Positions 12,334-24,090 of a DNA stretch of 64,000 bases are shown here, one piece after another. The notes beneath the pieces were generated by a model. It was not told the origin of the DNA and made no database searches. It was given only the letters and a program-made list of their open reading frames with translations. Source of the stretch: Octopus vulgaris (Eukaryota); assembly GCA_951406725.2 (NCBI GenBank), contig OX597834.1, positions 23,498,001-23,562,000 of the forward strand. Direction: 5' to 3'. The stretch's first letter is position 1; the number at the start of each line of letters is the position of its first letter. The position numbers were made by a program, and so were the translations under genes.

Positions 12334-13240
12334 ATACACATTCACACACATTTGTACATGTGTGTACATTTGTTTGTATGTATGTTTACGTGTGTGTATA
12401 TGTACCTGCACATATACACACATTTGTGTTTGTTTATTTGCATGTTTACTTGTATGTATATATGTTTGTGTATATATGTATATTTGGCGAAGTTTCGCAT
12501 GTCGTAGATCAGATTTCCGTCACTATGCCGTATAGGCGACAACCGAAACTATGCCGTATATTTGTGTATATCTTATATGTGCGCATGTATATGTGTATAT
12601 ATTATAAACACGCACATCCTTTGATGAGAATGATTTTATATATAAATATATCCACACAGACATACACACAATCTGTATATGTGTGACTATATATATATAT
12701 ATACACACCCTTTGGTGTGTGATTATATATAGACACATACATACACGTATATTTGTACATATGTATACATTTGTGTGTATGTATGTTTACGTGTGTGTAT
12801 ATGTACCTGCACATATACACACATTTGTGTATGTTTATTTGCATGTTTACTTGTATGTATATATGTTTGTGTATATATGTATATTTGTGTATATCTTTTA
12901 TGTGCGCATGTATATGTGTATATATTATAAACACGCACATCCTTTGGTGTGTGTGATTTTATATATAAATCCACACACATACACACAATCCGTATATGTG
13001 TGACTATATATACACACACACTCTTTGATGTGTGATTATATATAGACACATACATACACGCATATTTGTACATATGTATACATTTGTGTGTATGTATGTT
13101 TACGTGTGTGTATATGTACCTGCACATATACACACGCGTATGTGTATGCTTATTTGAATGTTTACCTGTATGTATATATGTTTGTGTATATATGTATATT
13201 TGTGTATATCTTTTATGTACATTTGTGTGCGCATGTGTAT
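12095..13240. repeat. Three tandem ~320-bp TA/TG-rich units
   Basis: Unit marker ttataaacacgcac recurs at ~12117, ~12602, ~12925. Confidence 0.9.
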
Positions 13241-13244
13241 GTAT

Positions 13245-13397
13245 ATATATATCGTGTTATATAACTTGTGTGTATATGTATATATCGTGTTATATAACTT
13301 GTGTATATATATATATATGTATCGTGTTATATAACTTGTGTGTGTGTATATATATATGTATATATATATGTATCGTGTTATATAACTTGTGTGTGTG

Positions 13398-13428
<31 letters not shown>

Positions 13429-13610
13429 GTATCGTGTGTATATATATGTATATGTATGTATCGTGATATATAACTTGTATGTGTGTGTATATGTATATAT
13501 CGTGATATATAACTTGTATGTGTGTGTATTTGTATATATCGTGATATATAACTTGTATGTGTGTGTATATGTATATATCGTGATATATAACTTGTATATA
13601 TGTGTGTATG
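13245..13610. repeat. Minisatellite with core TATCGTG(T/A)TATATAACTTG
   Basis: Core repeated ~9 times with variable TA/TG spacers. Confidence 0.9.
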
Positions 13611-13655
<45 letters not shown>

Positions 13656-13840
13656 GCTCACACACACCTTCTGTCTAAGTATGTGTTGTATTGCAAAGGC
13701 GCATTATAAGCACTCGCCTGCACTATGAAGACGCCGACATCCACCCGGTTACAAATGCTATGTAAATATGTTAGTCATTTTAGTCTGGGACAATTTTCAT
13801 GTTTCTATTTTTAATTTAGACACGTTTTGTGCTATGTAAA

Positions 13841-14090
13841 TAATAATAATAATAATTTCTTTATTGGCCACAAGGGCTGAAAAAAGGAAACCTTTAGCAC
13901 CATACAAAATACAAATGGCAGCGTTGGTTTACATCTACTCGTGTAAAGAACCAGAAAATTAACAAGTCCCTATAGGGGTGGGAACCACCCAGGTGCGACC
14001 AAGGATCCACAGATGGGATCTGAATCTTGGTAGCACATATAACAGATCGATATTCACCTCCCTACCCCTCATCACCCGCGCACGCATAAA
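13841..14090 (-). mobile_element. LINE 3' end with (TTA)n tail
   Basis: On the - strand it ends agcccttgtggccaataaagaaa(tta)n, matching the tail of the local SINE family. Confidence 0.55.
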
Positions 14091-14149
14091 AAAGCTTTAT
14101 TTTTCGAAACCGTATCGTTTGAATATTTTTTCCTTCCTCGCTCACGCTT

Positions 14150-14960
14150 TTTGGGGAACAAAATTTAATGTTGAACGGTTCCCTCTTACCGTGCAACATG
14201 GTCGACTCTTGAGAATTAAACATTCGATGCCAATACGTGATCGAGGATCCATCAATTATCGACGAAAAACTTCCTCACATACAAGGGGCAACTTTGGATT
14301 ACTTCGAACAAACTTCAAAACATCTGGCACTCGAATATTTTAAAGTCAGCAAGTCTAGTCTTCTTCAAGGTGTGCGTAGAGTAAATTCTTCTGTATGGAG
14401 CCGAAAACTGGAACATAAAGATCTATTTCTTTACTGCCCACAAGGGGCTAAACACAGAGGGGACAAACAAGGACAGACAAACGGATTAAGTCGATTACAT
14501 CGACCCCAGTGCGTAACTGGTACTTAATTTATCGACCACGAAAGGATGAAAGGCAAAGTCGACCTCGGCGGAATTTGAACTCAGAACGTAACGGCAGACG
14601 AAATACGGCTAAGCATTTCGCCTTGCGTGCTAACGTTTCTGCCAGCGAACATGAAGATCGTCTTGATGGTATGCACACCTACTTCTTATGAGGATTGAAA
14701 AGCATCACACGGCGTGAGCGCAAGACCAAAGAGGAGATTTATGGACACATTCCATCCGTCTTACTCCATGCAGAGAATGCGTTGCTAACCACTGGTGTTG
14801 ATTGAACTACAGGCCAAACCAGGTGTCGTATTTTGGACGTTTCCAAACTCTAACAGAAGACGAAGATCGTTCAATTGCATTGATGTTATTGGTAGACACT
14901 TACAGTACAAAATCTTAAGATCTACCAACGTTAATGGTTGGGCGGATTGTTGGAGCAGCA
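14150..14960 (+). mobile_element. Degenerate RTE-type LINE fragment interrupted by a SINE
   Basis: FFKVCVE*ILLYGAENW ... DRLDGMHT ... EIYGHIP, typical RTE RT C-terminus. Confidence 0.7.
14424..14646 (-). mobile_element. tRNA-derived SINE with 13-bp TSD
   Basis: TSD GAACATAAAGATC (14411-14423) / GAACATGAAGATC (14647-14659); another copy at ~15060-15288(-). Confidence 0.9.
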
Positions 14961-15329
14961 TTCGATTGTGGCCGCTTAGAGAAGAAGAATTATTGGACTC
15001 CTCAAGGCAAAGTTAACCTGGGTGGTAGAGCCGGAATGAATACCATATGGCATTTTACCTATTTCTTTATTACCCACAAGGGGCTAAACCCAGAGGGAAC
15101 AAACAAGGACAGACATAGGGATTAAGTCGATTAGATCGACCCCAGTGCGTAACTGGTATTTATTTAATCGACCCCGAAAGGATGAAAGACAAAGTCGACC
15201 TCGGCGGAATTTGAACTCAACGTAACGCAGACGAAATACCGCTAAGCATTTCGCCCGGCGTGCTAACGTTTCTGCCAGCTCGCCGCCTTGATGGCATTTT
15301 ACCTGCTACACCACCACTCTGCTAATTTA

Positions 15330-16790
15330 CGATTTTATTTCATTAATGAACTAAAAAGAAAAATATGGCGGTAGTTCTTCTTTCGAGGTTTTTCAGTGAA
15401 ACTAAGAACGATATTTTTACCATTCGGGTTTTCTGGTACTCCGTCTCTTCACGGAAAGTGTATCTAAACTATCCAGCCTGTTGTCTACCTGGCAATTCTG
15501 CAGAAAAGTCTTGATCGTCCATAGTTAATAAAAAAAAAAACCCACATTTCTCAGCTTGCACTATTCGCAGGCAGTTATACAACAATTTGGAGATTGCAAA
15601 CGGCATCTCTACAGGGATGTTAATGCTCAAGTAACTCCAGGACTTCTGGTCCACGCGGTACTTTGGCTTCAGATTATCTAACATATCAGTCACTATATCT
15701 CTCTACTTCTACCATTAATTTAAGACCATCGGGGTCAAGCTGTTCACTTCTGTTTTTTTTTTGTTTGTTTTTCATTAAAATAGTAAAAGCTATTCGTAAC
15801 GTTGCGGTTTTCTATCAAAAAATGGCGTCGGAGCTTTGAACAAATCCCATCTAAGCAGAAATTAAAATCTCATGGTAAAAATCACTGATACTCCATTTAC
15901 TATCGGTAGACTTCCATTAACTTCACTGATAATATTCCTTGCTACGATACTGCTTTTGAGTTATTTCTTCTCCTTGATTAGTGACGCCATGATAGAAACT
16001 TCTTCTGAATATCGCGATGTAAAGACTGCATTCTGCATCTCGTCCATTATCCATTCCTTGATATATTCGTGTGTCGATGCAAGAAATTTATTTCTGTCGT
16101 TGCTTCACCCTTGCCCATCATGTTCGTGTCTCCTTATGGAAATCTATTGTATTGTCGTTAATTATAAAACGGACGCCAAAATAAACAGGAAGAGCTTAAT
16201 TTCAGAAACTTACTTCACGTGAACATCAACCATGGATGCTAGACAATTTCCTTCCCCAAAGTATTTTGTCGGCCCTTACATACAGAAACAGCACTGATTT
16301 AAAATAGGACCTTTGGTGGAGAATCGAAAAATTCTTTTGCCCAACTGCGTGCTTTCGCAATTAGAAGTCTTGGTGAATGGTTCCTTAATACCTACTTTTT
16401 TATTCGCCCCGAAAATGTCGACCACAAAACTATATATTTTCTGTTCTGGATGGGAATTATAAAACTTTGAAGTGAATCTCCATTAACTTGAGCCAGACAA
16501 TGTTTGTAGATATTTTCTGTTGTGGTCGAAACGATTCAACACCTTGGTTTTTACTAATGGATGAAGACCCTTGAATCTACTGAAGCGCATCGTTTTAGAA
16601 GCATCAACTTAGCAACTCACTGCAGGACATTTAAAAATTTTTTATTTTTAACAATCCAGCTTGGTTTCATATCTTTCAACGTCATCCTTATCCTTGCTTG
16701 CTTTTCCTAATTGTGTTGAACTGGAATCGGTTGGGTTTATATCAAAGTACTGTCTTGAGTTTCAGAACTCATAGGGCCCAGCGATTCAGT
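15330..16790 (-). pseudogene. Candidate endogenous viral element: N-terminal part (cap-snatching endonuclease-like) of a bunyavirus-like L protein, decayed
   Basis: - strand pieces FYHEILIS (H at ~15872), LDPDGLKLMVEV (~15700-15740) and DMLDNLKPKY follow the H...PD...E...K.KY order; GEGNC at ~16243-16257; stops and frameshifts throughout. Confidence 0.4.
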
Positions 16791-17345
16791 TTCCAAGGCG
16801 TATAAATGACCGAGATCACACTATTCCCCTTGAACAAGACTCCACTCCATCGCAGGGTCATTCATAGCTGAATGGACGTGAAATGGGGTGTTTTGCTCAA
16901 GATGACAACGCACCGTCCGGTCCGAGAATCAAAACCACAATCTGGCGATCGCGAGTGCAATTTCCTAACCACTGGGCTACGCGCCATTGCTCTTGAATCT
17001 TTAACCTCATTAATATTTTCAAATTCAACCAAAGCTGACAGTTTAAGGACCATTGGATCACAAGAATGTTTATCGCTTCTGTAAGTGCATCCGATTTCTG
17101 ATTAACTGTTGTATCTATTATACAGGGTGCGACAAACAAAAAAACCCACTTAGAATCATTCTTGATAAATATTTGAACTGCAAACGCACATTCTACATCA
17201 ATGGAAACAATGATAGTAACTCTAAAATAAATGGTAAAACATCAGCTACAGGAAGACACCATTTCCACAGGTTTGCTTTCATTAGTGTCACACCAAAATG
17301 GCTGTGTAAAATGTGGGAGGTTTTTCTGTCGCAGTCTGTATAATG

Positions 17346-17600
17346 CAGCGTGGAAGGCGTTTGTAAGCCATTTAAGAAACACACAAAAGCCGTTCGATTC
17401 ACTTCAACATTTAGTTTAATTTGTCAAAATATTTTCGTCGCTTTAAGACCGCAACCTGTTCACTGACAAAAATCCGTGCAAGTGAATCGAACGGCTTTTG
17501 TGTGTTTCTTAAATGGCTTACAAACACCTTCCACGCTGTAATTGTTTTCGTTTCAGCACACGATCCCAGATCAAATCACTTGCTATGCATGTACATCTCC
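17346..17600. repeat. Short element with internal 59-bp inverted arms (17346-17404 / 17480-17538)
   Basis: Arms are reverse complements with one mismatch; an un-rearranged relative lies at ~29170-29370. Confidence 0.9.
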
Positions 17601-18189
17601 GTAAGTCTGTATATTGATCTATATCAATGCTCTGCAACCGGTATGCCGCGGCACACTGGTGTCCCACGAGACGATGCTAGGTGTGCCGCAGTGTAACCTG
17701 AATATTTTCTCCCTATACTTTGTTATATTTTTAGTTAAGGTTTGCCGCTAGTGAAAAAACGTTGTTTCCACTATGTTTTTATTTTTCTTTCTCTCTCTCT
17801 CCACACACGGGTATAAGTGTGTATAGGTTTGTACCATAAGTGTGTGTGTACAGTGTCATCCTACGATACTGAGGTATCCATTCGTAAATTCACTCGCATA
17901 GCTGGTTGGGTTATTGGGGCGGCACTTTTAGGTCCGCTGTAGGCAATGTTTGTTTTGTTTTTGTTTTTTTTGTGGAATCTGGTGGGTGGCAAACGGAAAG
18001 GCTGCCTCTGGCGGCACACACTCTAGCTACGCTCTTGCATAAATTCATATTGTTTTCGCTAACTCGGAAACTAACAATAGTGTAGCCGTAGTGAGGAGCG
18101 ATTCCGTTTCGAGTGACAATTTTATGGGAACGGTACTGTAGAAGATTGGGGGCTCGGTGATGGGACGGCGGAAAAATAAAGGGCTATTC

Positions 18190-18224
18190 CCGTGCGCGGT
18201 GGGCCACGTGCGCACACACACTAG
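18190..18224 (+). mobile_element. Probable Helitron 3' terminus
   Basis: GC hairpin GTGCGC...GCGCAC (18192-18215) followed 5 nt later by CTAG|T. Confidence 0.5.
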
Positions 18225-19293
18225 TAACATCACTGAAAATTAATAACTATTACAAAATATCGTGTTTTTTTGTTTGTCATTGGACTGTGGCTATGCTGGG
18301 GCACCACCTCCGAGGGTTTTAGTCGAATGAATCAGTACTTGTTTTATTTTAAAGTCGGGTGTTTATTCTATCGAATAACCGCTATGTTACGGGAACGTAA
18401 ACAAACCAATATTGGATGTCGAGCGGTGTGTAGAGATAAACACAGATACAAAGACACACACGGGTGTTGTATGTGGAGGCTGTTAGTAATAAACATTAGT
18501 AATGCTATTGTTATCAAATTTAGTACTCCAGGCATGTTCGGTGTATTGTATCCTTCGTTTAATGTTATCAACCTGCAGTGTTATCCGTGTATAAAATTTG
18601 AAAAAAAAACAACAAAAAAAAACTGAGAATTTGATATACTTCAAGTGATTGAAAGAATTTTAAAAGATCCAGGAGACTTTTATTTAATTAATTAATTAAT
18701 TAATTAATCGCCCGCCTCCCGGTTATTTCTGATTTAGTTATAAGACCCAATTTTAAAGGATCGTTTTGTTTATATCATCACGACCCGTCGTGTTGTTGTC
18801 GAAGCAACAGGTCAAGTCTGACAACAATATAAAGATGTTCTACTCGTGACCACCACGTCAATATTCTTCTTCCACAGTGTATATAGGATTACATTAGCTT
18901 ATTTGTCCTCTTTAAAGATAAGATGCGGTTCAAGGAAAATTCTTTTGCTGTTGCTAGCGATTCGGATGCCCACAACACGAAAGAGATGTTAGTGCTCAAT
19001 ACGTAGACCTACGACCAAAGTCGTTCCCGCCGTGACAACACTGCCTTTTAATTAGACATAGTGCACCAAGGACTGCATATCCCCTCCTTCCCTTTAAAAC
19101 GTTAGTTGTGGAAATCTTGGCTGCTATTTCTAGTAGGTCGAGCAGCCACAGAGGGGGTATAGGGGGAGAGGTCCCTTCCGGTCGGAGATGTCCGTATGGT
19201 TACCCCCATCCACCCCACATACATACTGGCCATTATCCCACCATCGCATTGTCTCTCTCTCCCTCTGTATTACAGCCCCAGAGAGCACCTGTC

Positions 19294-19316
19294 GTTGCTA
19301 AGCCAACGTAAACAAA
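19294..19316 (+). promoter_or_regulatory. Adjacent RFX X-box-like and forkhead (FOXJ1-type) motifs; candidate ODF2 promoter
   Basis: GTTGCTAAGCCAAC (19294-19307) abuts GTAAACAAA (19308-19316) in non-repetitive DNA, 50 bp upstream of a splice donor. Confidence 0.6.
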
Positions 19317-19319
19317 CCA

Positions 19320-19365
19320 CTCTCCAGCGTGTGAAGTTAGAGAAAACAGGAGGTGTACCCGAACT
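19320..19365 (+). other. ODF2: Candidate non-coding exon 1 of the ODF2-like gene
   Basis: Ends ACT|gtgagt (19366); the first coding exon has an acceptor upstream of its ATG, so an upstream exon is expected; start approximate. Confidence 0.5.
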
Positions 19366-21050
19366 GTGAGTATTTTTGAAAACCGTTATTTTAAGTGGGG
19401 TAGATTTTTAAAAGAATTCGGTAAATTTCTATGAGATATATGTGTGTATGTATCAGTAGAAGCTGCTTATTATAATCACTAGTGATGCTTCTGTTATCAA
19501 ATTTAGTGTTCTCAAGCACGCTCAGTGTATTTGTATTGTCTATTGCTTAATGTTATCAACCGGTTCAAGACTTTTAACCTAAAGTGGTCACAATAAGTGA
19601 ACGTCTCGCATTGAGAGAGGGGGGGGGAGTATATATACACATACATACACGTCTCACATGCATATATATATATGCACATATATACATATGTATACGCTAC
19701 ATATGTACGAGTTGTGCAAAATAACAGCTAAATCTCCCTTAAATCCACACCAACTTTTTTTTTTTTCCATAATCGTATGAATTCCCGTGGCAAAACTTTT
19801 CTGAAGTATTCTTTACCTTGCGTAATGATGAAGTTTAAATGATGGTGATGCTTCGGAGACTGCCATGACACTGCATCCTTTAAGGCCCTCATGCTTTCCG
19901 AAATCCGTCGAAACTACACCTGATTATATATGCACTTTAGATGAGTTGTAGTGCACCTGAGCACTGTACACAATGTTTATTATTATTATTATTATAGAAC
20001 TGGATGAACGAAGAACAATTAAGAAAATGGCCATTTATTTATGCACTTTGTGACCTGCCATAAACTGTTGACTACAAATCTAATCGATCTCGGACGGTAA
20101 TACGGTCATCGTCACAGTTACCCAGTCGGATAAGCAAGAATATATAACACTCCCTCACCATATCGCGGTTCGCCTAACGCGGTTTATTTAAACTTACGTC
20201 GATTCCTCTGTGGTGTTGTTTTGTATTTATAATAAAATAAAAATGTACAAATCATAAAAATAATACTAATAAAATATACGGTACTGTTTCTACTTCGCGG
20301 ATTTTAACCTGTTGGGGGTTGGTAACGTAATACCCGCGATAATCGAGGGGTTATTGCTCACATTGTTCCAGGTACTCGTTTAATTGTCGTGCAATTAAAA
20401 TTTAATTAGGTCTGCACACAGGCGTTCCTACTGTGGTAAGAAGCTTGCTTATCAACCACCCGTTTCTGATTTCAATCCCACTGCATGACACCTTGGGCAG
20501 TTGTCCTCTGCAATAGCCCTGAGTCAACCAAAGCCTTGTAAATGGATTGTGTAGACAGAAACTGAAAGAAGCCTGCTATACATGCGTGTGTGTATGTGTG
20601 TGTTTGTCCCTCTCCATTTGACAGCTAGTGTTGGTTTGTTTACGTCCCCATAACTCTTTTCGGAAAAGAAGCTGATAGGGTGGATTTGTTTGATGAAATC
20701 CTTTAAAGCTGTGCCCCCAAATGGCCGCAATCCAGTGACTCAAACAGAAGATTGTGTGTGTGTGTGTGTATGTGTCTATTAAAATCCGCTATAGATATAT
20801 ATTTTTCATTAAAGTTTAAGTTTTAATTACCAAAATAAATAGAGAAATACTCATTAGGAGTCAAAATGAACGTTTTAATTTTGACAAAATTCGGGATTGT
20901 TATAATTAACCAATTTTTACACCACATTTATTCTACATGTTCTTTATTTTTTGTTCACAAACAACTTTTCATGATTCTCCTCCGACCTTTTTCTCTCTGC
21001 ATATATATATATATATAAATATATTTTCTTACTAATATAAGAATATATAT

Positions 21051-21212
21051 AGGTGCAATATTGGCTGTGTGGTAAGTAGCCTGCTTATCAACCACATGGT
21101 TATGGGTTCAGTCCCACTACGTGGCACCTTGGGCAAGTGTCTTCTACTATAGCCTCAGGCCGACCAAAGCCTTGTGAGGGAATTTGGTAGACGGAAACTG
21201 AAAGAAGCCCAT

Positions 21213-21261
<49 letters not shown>

Positions 21262-21450
21262 TTGTCCCCCAACATCGCTTGACAACTGATGCTGGTGTGT
21301 TTATGTCCCCGTAACTTAGTGGTTTGGCAAAAGAGACCGATAGAATAAGTACTAGGCTTACAAAGAATAAGTCCTGGGGTCAATTTGCTCGACTAAAGGC
21401 AGTGCTCCAGCATGGCCACAGTCAAATGACTGAAACAAGTAAAAGAGTAA
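21051..21450 (+). mobile_element. Full-length tRNA-derived SINE
   Basis: Head tggctgtgtggtaag...gggttcagtcccact, internal (TA)/(TG) tract, tail aatgactgaaacaagtaaaagag; many copies in the window. Confidence 0.9.
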
Positions 21451-21857
21451 TGTTTGTTTTTTTATGTCAAGTTATAATAAACAAACTTATGAAGTATTCA
21501 GTAATTTTTCGTAGCGTACAAGATTACTAAACTTCAAAGTCACTGTTAAACCTCTTGTTGTGTGACAGTGACTTCTCTGCCAAAAGAGGGTTATACATTC
21601 CTCTACAGACTCAGCAAACAGTCAGTTTCACCTTATATGAGACAACAACTCCTCAACACAAGCCTACACGTGACTAATGTGTGGACACGGAATGACTGCA
21701 TGCAGGATGGCTTCATTGTCTGCTTGCATCTCAGATAGATTTGGCTGTTAGTGCTTCCATACCTGAAAGTTACAGGGATGTAAAGAAACCAGCACCAATT
21801 GTCAAGTGGTGGTGGAGAACAATGACGTGCACACATTGATATATATATATATATATA

Positions 21858-24090
21858 TATCATCATCATTTAATGTCCGTTTTCCATGCTGGCATGAGTT
21901 GGACAGTTTGACAGGATCTGGTCAGCCAGTGGACTGCACCAAAGTCTATTGTCTGCTTTGGAATGGTTTCTCTGGCTGGACACCCTTCCTAATGCCAACC
22001 ACTTTACAGAGTGTACTGGGTGCCCTTTATGCAGTACCAGCTTCAGTGAGGTTAAGTAACTTTCAGGGGAAAGGCCCCTTGACTGGGAGAGGTAATCGTA
22101 ATGAGTGAAGTGGTTTTTGTGCCTGTTGATGATAAGTTAAAAAGTATGATAGAAGAATAGAAATAGATGTCTTGCTGTAGAGGAAGTACATGGCTACACC
22201 ATTTGGACAAGAAAGGAGAGCGAGAGAGGCACAAAAACCACTTCCCTCATTACGATTACCTCTTCCAGTCAAGGGGCCTTTGCCCTGAAAGTTACTTAAC
22301 ATCACTGAAGCTGGTACTGCATAAAAGGCACCCAGTATACTCTGTAAAGGGGTTGGCATTAGGAAGGGTGTCCAGCCAGAGAAACCATTCCAAAGCAGAC
22401 TATAGACTATAGAGCAAACGAGAGAGAGAGTGTGATGTGGTGGTGGAAATGTGTTAGGACAAACCCTCAGGTACAGTGGGGAGGGAACAGAAGGGAAGTG
22501 GTGCAGAGGTTTGGACTGAGTAAATGGGTAAGGGAAGGTAGGGGGGATGTAACTGAAGAGAAATGGTTGGAGACAGGGCAGATGTGATTAACAAACAATG
22601 GGGAAAGAAAGGAGTAGCTCAGGGAGGCTATGGTAGATATGTGAGGGCTTCGAGAGTGATATCAGGTAAGAGTGGTGTAAATGACAGCAATCACGCTCCT
22701 TTCTTACCTCCTCCATAATGCTCAGCATTTAGAGATAGGCCTTCGTTACCTCATCCCATTTCCCCGTCTGCCCTGAGTTTCATCCACTTTAAGTGGTCAG
22801 TACATCTTTATGCAGCCGTCCTCATCCATACACATGACTGAACCAGCTCAGTCTTCTCTCCTGTACACTACATCTAACTCCTCTTAAGTCTAACTTTTCC
22901 CTTAATACACTAGCACTTTGTTATGCATGCGCCCTAACATTGCCCACGCAATGACTATACTAGCTTTGTTCCTCTCTAGTCTTTGCATGTCCTCTGCATT
23001 TAGGGCCTGCACCTCACTATCATTGCTTTTTGTACACAACATCATACAATCTACCTTTCATTCAGAGAGAGACTTTTGGTTGCCAACAGAGGTAAAAGCT
23101 CTCTGAATTTTTTTCCCATCTTATTCTAGCAATTACATTTTTGGAACACCCTCCTCCAATGCTGAGTAGGTCATCTAAGAAACGGAAATTCTCTACAACC
23201 TCCAGAGAGCTTCCAGAGCATTTGATTACAATCAGTTACCCATGTCTCCTGTGCATCTTCCACACGCAAACACTCCTTTCTGTGTTAACCATTCTGTGAT
23301 TCCACTGCACTGCTTGTGGGTCCATAGCTTGCACTGAGTACACTGCATGGAATTTCTGCCTACACCTTTCCTACATATCAAGCAAGGCCATTTACCTGAA
23401 GGTGGTAGAGTCTTGTCTATTTTCTTGCTTACTAGAACTTTGGTCTTTGCTAAGTTAACTTTAAGGCTCTTTGATTTCTGGTTTTGATTCTACACTGGGA
23501 ATTTCTTTCCCAATTCTGTCACAGATTCCACTGTGAGAGTGAGATCAAAGCATATAGTAGTTCCCAGGGGTGGCAAGTCTTAAATTCTCAGTTATGACCT
23601 GGAAGATGATGAGGAATAGGAGAAGGACTGAGAACTTAACCCAGGTGTATGCCTACTTGTACACTAAATTCTTCATTGAACTCATGGTTAACTCTTGCCT
23701 TACTAACAACGCCTGTCTACAGCTTTCACATGCTATTCTTCTGTCCCAAGCTTCCTCAAAACCCACCATGTCACAGAGCAAGGTACCCTGTTGAAGGTTT
23801 TTCTCCAAGTCAAAGAATACCAGGTACAATGGTTTATTCTTAACTAAGTACTTCTCCCAAGCATAAAGCTGAACTGCATTTCATTGCATCTAATTCTGCT
23901 TTTAAAAAAATTGGGCTTTAACTCTTTCTCTCTCTCTAACTTTCATGACTTGATTCAGCAATTTGATACCTTTGTAATTCTATCTACACTTGTAGCAGCT
24001 GACTTTAATGCTATTAGGCCAGTCATTGGCGATGACACCCTCTTGAATAATCTGATTGACTAGATCATAAGGTCATATCCTACTCTGCCA
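21858..24090 (-). mobile_element. Degenerate RTE-clade LINE (RT with PWELLYA-like motif near 23550) with rearranged 3' end
   Basis: (CAT)n tail at ~21860; RT-like translation 22740-24090 with frameshifts. Confidence 0.8.
21943..22408. repeat. Inverted repeat, 182-bp arms (21943-22124 / 22227-22408)
   Basis: Arms are reverse-complementary with ~8 mismatches by eye; 102-bp spacer. Confidence 0.95.

Noticed and set aside
15469-15693. Resemblance of IVQAEKCGFF to a phosphodiesterase GAF domain, and of the nearby region to senataxin
   Set aside because: Only a few residues match and the flanking sequence does not extend the similarity
18140-18215. CpG patch with CCAAT, E2F-like and E-box motifs as a promoter
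   Set aside because: Better explained as a Helitron-type hairpin plus CTAG end; no associated exon seen
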